Shown: positions 60,941-64,000 of the stretch, piece after piece
How positions within the stretch are numbered: position 1 is the first letter of the stretch
Layout of the letters: every line of letters begins with the position of its first letter
DNA from: Salinivirgaceae bacterium
GTDB taxonomy: Bacteria; Bacteroidota; Bacteroidia; Bacteroidales; SZUA-534
Direction of reading: 5' to 3'
Assembly (NCBI GenBank): GCA_024405635.1
Contig: JAKSOL010000007.1
Coordinates: 1-64,000, forward strand
Length of the DNA: 64,000 nt
Made by a program: the position numbers and the translations under genes
Notes under the pieces: generated by a model
Databases searched by the model: none
The model's input: only the letters and a program-made list of their open reading frames with translations
What the model was told of the DNA's origin: nothing

Positions 60941-61978
60941 ATGAAAGGTAAAATTTTAGTAACAGGAGGTACGGGCTACATAGGTTCGCATACAGTGGTT
61001 GAACTTATTGAGCAAGGTTACGAGGTTGTGATTGTGGACAATCTGTCGAACTCAGAGCGTGAGGTAGTTGACCGCATTGAAAAGATTACTGGTGTTAAGC
61101 CAAAGTTTTACGAGTTCGATTTAAAAGATCAGCTAAAGGTTGACCAATTGTTTGCAACCGAAACAGGCATAAATGGTATTATACATTTTGCAGCATCAAA
61201 AGCTGTTGGCGAATCGGTACAAATGCCATTGGTTTATTATCGCAACAACCTGGTATCGCTTGTAAATTTATTGGAAGCAATGCAAAAATATAACGTGCCA
61301 AACATTGTATTCTCGTCATCGTGTACAGTATATGGCCAGCCCGACAAGTTGCCTGTTGACGAGTCGGCTCCAATAAAGCCAGCCGAGTCGCCTTATGGCT
61401 ACACAAAACAAGTGTGCGAGAATATTTTGCGCGATTCAATTCGTGCATTTGCAGGATCGGTTCATGGTATTGCGTTGCGTTACTTCAACCCAATTGGTGC
61501 GCATCCTTCTGGTTTAATTGGCGAGTTGCCTCGCGGTGTGCCAAATAACCTTATGCCATACATCACCCAAACAGGTTACGGTATTCGCGAGCAATTGAGC
61601 GTGTTTGGTGACGATTATAATACTCCCGATGGTAGTTGCATTCGCGACTATATTCACGTTGTTGACCTTGCAAAGGCGCATATTGTGGCCATCAATCGTA
61701 TGATTTCAGGTAAAAACAAAGCCGATTTTGAGATGTTTAACATTGGTACCGGCAATGGCTATTCGGTATTCGATATTATTAAATCGTTTGAGCGTACCTC
61801 AGGCAAAAAACTGAATTACAAAGTAGTAGGCCGTAGAGCTGGCGATATTGAGCAAATTTGGGCCGATACTACTATTGCAAACAACGAGTTAGGTTGGAAA
61901 GCACAACTTACAATCGACGATATGACTCGCTCGGCTTGGCAGTGGGAGTTGAATTGTCGCGAAAAAATGCAGAAATAG
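60941..61978 (+). CDS. galE: UDP-glucose 4-epimerase
   Basis: GGTGYIGSH, KAVGES, FSSSCTVYG, YGYTK, LRYFNP, RDYIHV. Confidence 0.95.
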   Translation: MKGKILVTGGTGYIGSHTVVELIEQGYEVVIVDNLSNSEREVVDRIEKITGVKPKFYEFDLKDQLKVDQLFATETGINGIIHFAASKAVGESVQMPLVYYRNNLVSLVNLLEAMQKYNVPNIVFSSSCTVYGQPDKLPVDESAPIKPAESPYGYTKQVCENILRDSIRAFAGSVHGIALRYFNPIGAHPSGLIGELPRGVPNNLMPYITQTGYGIREQLSVFGDDYNTPDGSCIRDYIHVVDLAKAHIVAINRMISGKNKADFEMFNIGTGNGYSVFDIIKSFERTSGKKLNYKVVGRRAGDIEQIWADTTIANNELGWKAQLTIDDMTRSAWQWELNCREKMQK

Positions 61979-62000
61979 AGTTCGTTTTTAGGTTGTTACT

Positions 62001-62034
62001 AAAGCCGCTTGTGCAATTGCAGAGCGGCTTTTTT
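62001..62034 (+). terminator. Intrinsic terminator after galE
   Basis: aaagccgct/agcggcttt stem followed by a T-run. Confidence 0.8.
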
Positions 62035-62186
62035 ATTGTCTATTTATTGATAGTTTGTGCCAAAAACAATTGGTTAGTATGCTGGGGCTTTTGGTTGATT
62101 ATTGGTTGATGCCTTTTTGCCAAAATAATAGTGTATGTTGGTTATAGGTGTTATTTTAGCGGCATATCATTAAACAACAATCAAAA

Positions 62187-63749
62187 ATGAACAACAATCA
62201 TCCAAAAGGACTAATAGCAGCCGCTTTAGCTAACATGGGCGAGCGTTTCGGTTACTATATCATGAATGCCGTATTGCTGCTATTTCTTTGCTCAAAGTTT
62301 GGCTTGAGCGACCAAACAAGCGGAATAATCTATTCGGTTTTTTATGCGCTTATTTATGTTTTGAGTCTTGTAGGTGGCATTATTGCCGACCGAAAACAAA
62401 ACTACAAGGGAACCATTATGTCGGGACTTATTGTAATGGCTGTAGGGTATGTGTTGTTGTCGGTTCCAATAATGGCAACATCGTCAAATATGGTTTGGCT
62501 ACTACCATTTACGTGTGCAGCTTTGCTTATGATAGCTTTTGGCAATGGTATGTTTAAAGGTAATTTGCAAGCTATTGTTGGTCAAATGTACGACAACTAC
62601 GAAGCTGAAGCAGCAAAGCAAGGCGAAGAGGCTTTGCGCATAGCAAAAAGTAAACGCGATTCGGGTTTTCAAATATTCTATGTGTTTATAAACATTGGTG
62701 GTTTGGTTGCTCCATTTGTAGCGCCTTTGCTACGCGGTTGGTGGCTTAGTCAAAACGGATTGGCTTACAATGCAAGTTTGCCTGCACTTTGCCATAAGTA
62801 TATAAACGATGCGGCAACAATGAATCAACTTGAATTGTCGAATCTTACAACACTTATTGAACAAGTTGGTGGCTCGGTGAACAACATGACTGATTTTTGT
62901 ATGCAGTACCTGAATGTATTTAACACCGGAGTGCATTATTCGTTTGTTGCATCGGTAGTAGCCATGCTTATTTCACTTGTTATTTTCATTTGCACAAAGA
63001 ATTTGTTTCCAACGCCTGCCAAAAAAACAGCAACAGTGGCAGTGGAGTACACCGCTGACGAAAAAGCTGCAATGGCTGCCGAAATAAAACAGCGATTATA
63101 TGCGTTGTTTGCAGTGCTTGGCATTGCCATTTTCTTTTGGTTCTCGTTCCATCAAAATGGGCAATCGTTGTCAGTTTTTGCTCGCGATTTTGTGGTCACA
63201 TCTTCTATTCCTCCTGAGATTTGGCAAGCTGTTAATCCGTTTTTTGTAATAGTACTTACTCCAATTATCATGTTGATATTCGGTTCGTTAAGTCGAAAAG
63301 GTAAAGAAATATCAACACCAAAGAAAATAGCTATTGGTATGGGCATTGCAGCTCTTGCATACCTGTTTTTGGCTGTGTATGCAGCTGTTCAGTCATATCC
63401 TTCGGGAAACGCTTTTCGTGCAATGGATGTGGCAGCACAAGACCCAATGAAAGCAGGACCTTGGGTACTTATAGTTACTTACTTTTTCCTTACAGTTGCC
63501 GAGTTGTTCATTTCGCCTCTTGGTTTGTCGTTTGTGTCAAAAGTGGCGCCTAAAAACTTGCAAGGGCTTTGCCAAGGTTTGTGGCTTGGTGCTACAGCAG
63601 TAGGTAACTTGCTAATATGGATAGGTCCGCTTATGTATAACAATTTTGAACACCAATCAATGTGTTGGATAGTTTTCCTAGTTGTTTGCATAATATCAAT
63701 GGGTGTTATGTTTGGTATGGTTAAATGGCTTGAACGTGTTTGTAAGTAG
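62187..63749 (+). CDS. POT/PTR family peptide MFS transporter
   Basis: HPKGL, ERFGYY, FQIFYVFINIG, QAVNPFF, AELFISPLGLS. Confidence 0.9.
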   Translation: MNNNHPKGLIAAALANMGERFGYYIMNAVLLLFLCSKFGLSDQTSGIIYSVFYALIYVLSLVGGIIADRKQNYKGTIMSGLIVMAVGYVLLSVPIMATSSNMVWLLPFTCAALLMIAFGNGMFKGNLQAIVGQMYDNYEAEAAKQGEEALRIAKSKRDSGFQIFYVFINIGGLVAPFVAPLLRGWWLSQNGLAYNASLPALCHKYINDAATMNQLELSNLTTLIEQVGGSVNNMTDFCMQYLNVFNTGVHYSFVASVVAMLISLVIFICTKNLFPTPAKKTATVAVEYTADEKAAMAAEIKQRLYALFAVLGIAIFFWFSFHQNGQSLSVFARDFVVTSSIPPEIWQAVNPFFVIVLTPIIMLIFGSLSRKGKEISTPKKIAIGMGIAALAYLFLAVYAAVQSYPSGNAFRAMDVAAQDPMKAGPWVLIVTYFFLTVAELFISPLGLSFVSKVAPKNLQGLCQGLWLGATAVGNLLIWIGPLMYNNFEHQSMCWIVFLVVCIISMGVMFGMVKWLERVCK

Positions 63750-63766
63750 TTCATTTACAATAAAAT

Positions 63767-63803
63767 AAAAGCGCTAACGGTGTGTAGCCGTTAGCATTTT
63801 TTT
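63767..63803 (+). terminator. Intrinsic terminator
   Basis: gctaacgg/ccgttagc stem followed by a T7 run. Confidence 0.75.
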
Positions 63804-63856
63804 CAAAGTAGTTGCATGGCTTTATTAATTCACAATCGAAAAAACTAAAATTTGAA

Positions 63857-64000
63857 ATGTTTATAGCTCGCGAAAAAAAGAGAACCAATATTGGCGAATA
63901 CTTCTTGTACATGTTTCAAATTGAAGATATGATACGAGCTTGTAAGTTCGATTCTCAACTTATTGAGCAATATATACTTCCTCGTTATCCGTCTGATCCA
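63857..64000 (+). CDS. DUF4924-like protein, N-terminal part (runs off window)
   Basis: MFIAREKKRTNIGEYFLYMFQIEDMIRA resembles the NIAEYLLYMWQIEDxIRA start of this Bacteroidota family. Confidence 0.65.
   Translation, partial: MFIAREKKRTNIGEYFLYMFQIEDMIRACKFDSQLIEQYILPRYPSDP

Overview
Chromosomal window from a Bacteroidota (probably Bacteroidales/Marinilabiliales-like) genome, judged from TAnnTTTG promoters, a T9SS C-terminal domain and GS type III. Left to right it holds the uxaA 3' end, an M23-anmK-C69 dipeptidase-phosphodiesterase run, a propeller/Y_Y_Y/SpoIIE sensor and a split (Clostridia-style) metF/reactivation-domain/metH operon. Next is a small GIY-YIG gene framed by REP-like palindromes, then a ~15.5 kb AT-rich polymorphic-toxin island (14.4-30.0 kb). 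The rest is a nitrogen-assimilation cluster (dapF dapL glnA gltBD glnK amtB asnB purF pyrG), DMT-recG-lptD, amidase-MlaD, LytTR/LytS, nrtR-galKTE, a POT transporter and a DUF4924 start. The island is the most interesting part. It is a signal-peptide-bearing three-gene system (T9SS-CTD protein, YD-repeat protein, DUF6443-like Rhs) with no T6SS parts, followed by five toxin-tip/exported-immunity pairs that are all predicted metalloenzymes. It has a long switchable RNA leader and is bracketed by two nested ~60 bp direct repeats in A-B...B-A order. Other novelties are an MlaD with a SPOR-like tail and an NrtR-type regulator with a perfect operator heading the Leloir genes. All family calls come from motif recognition by eye, not database searches.
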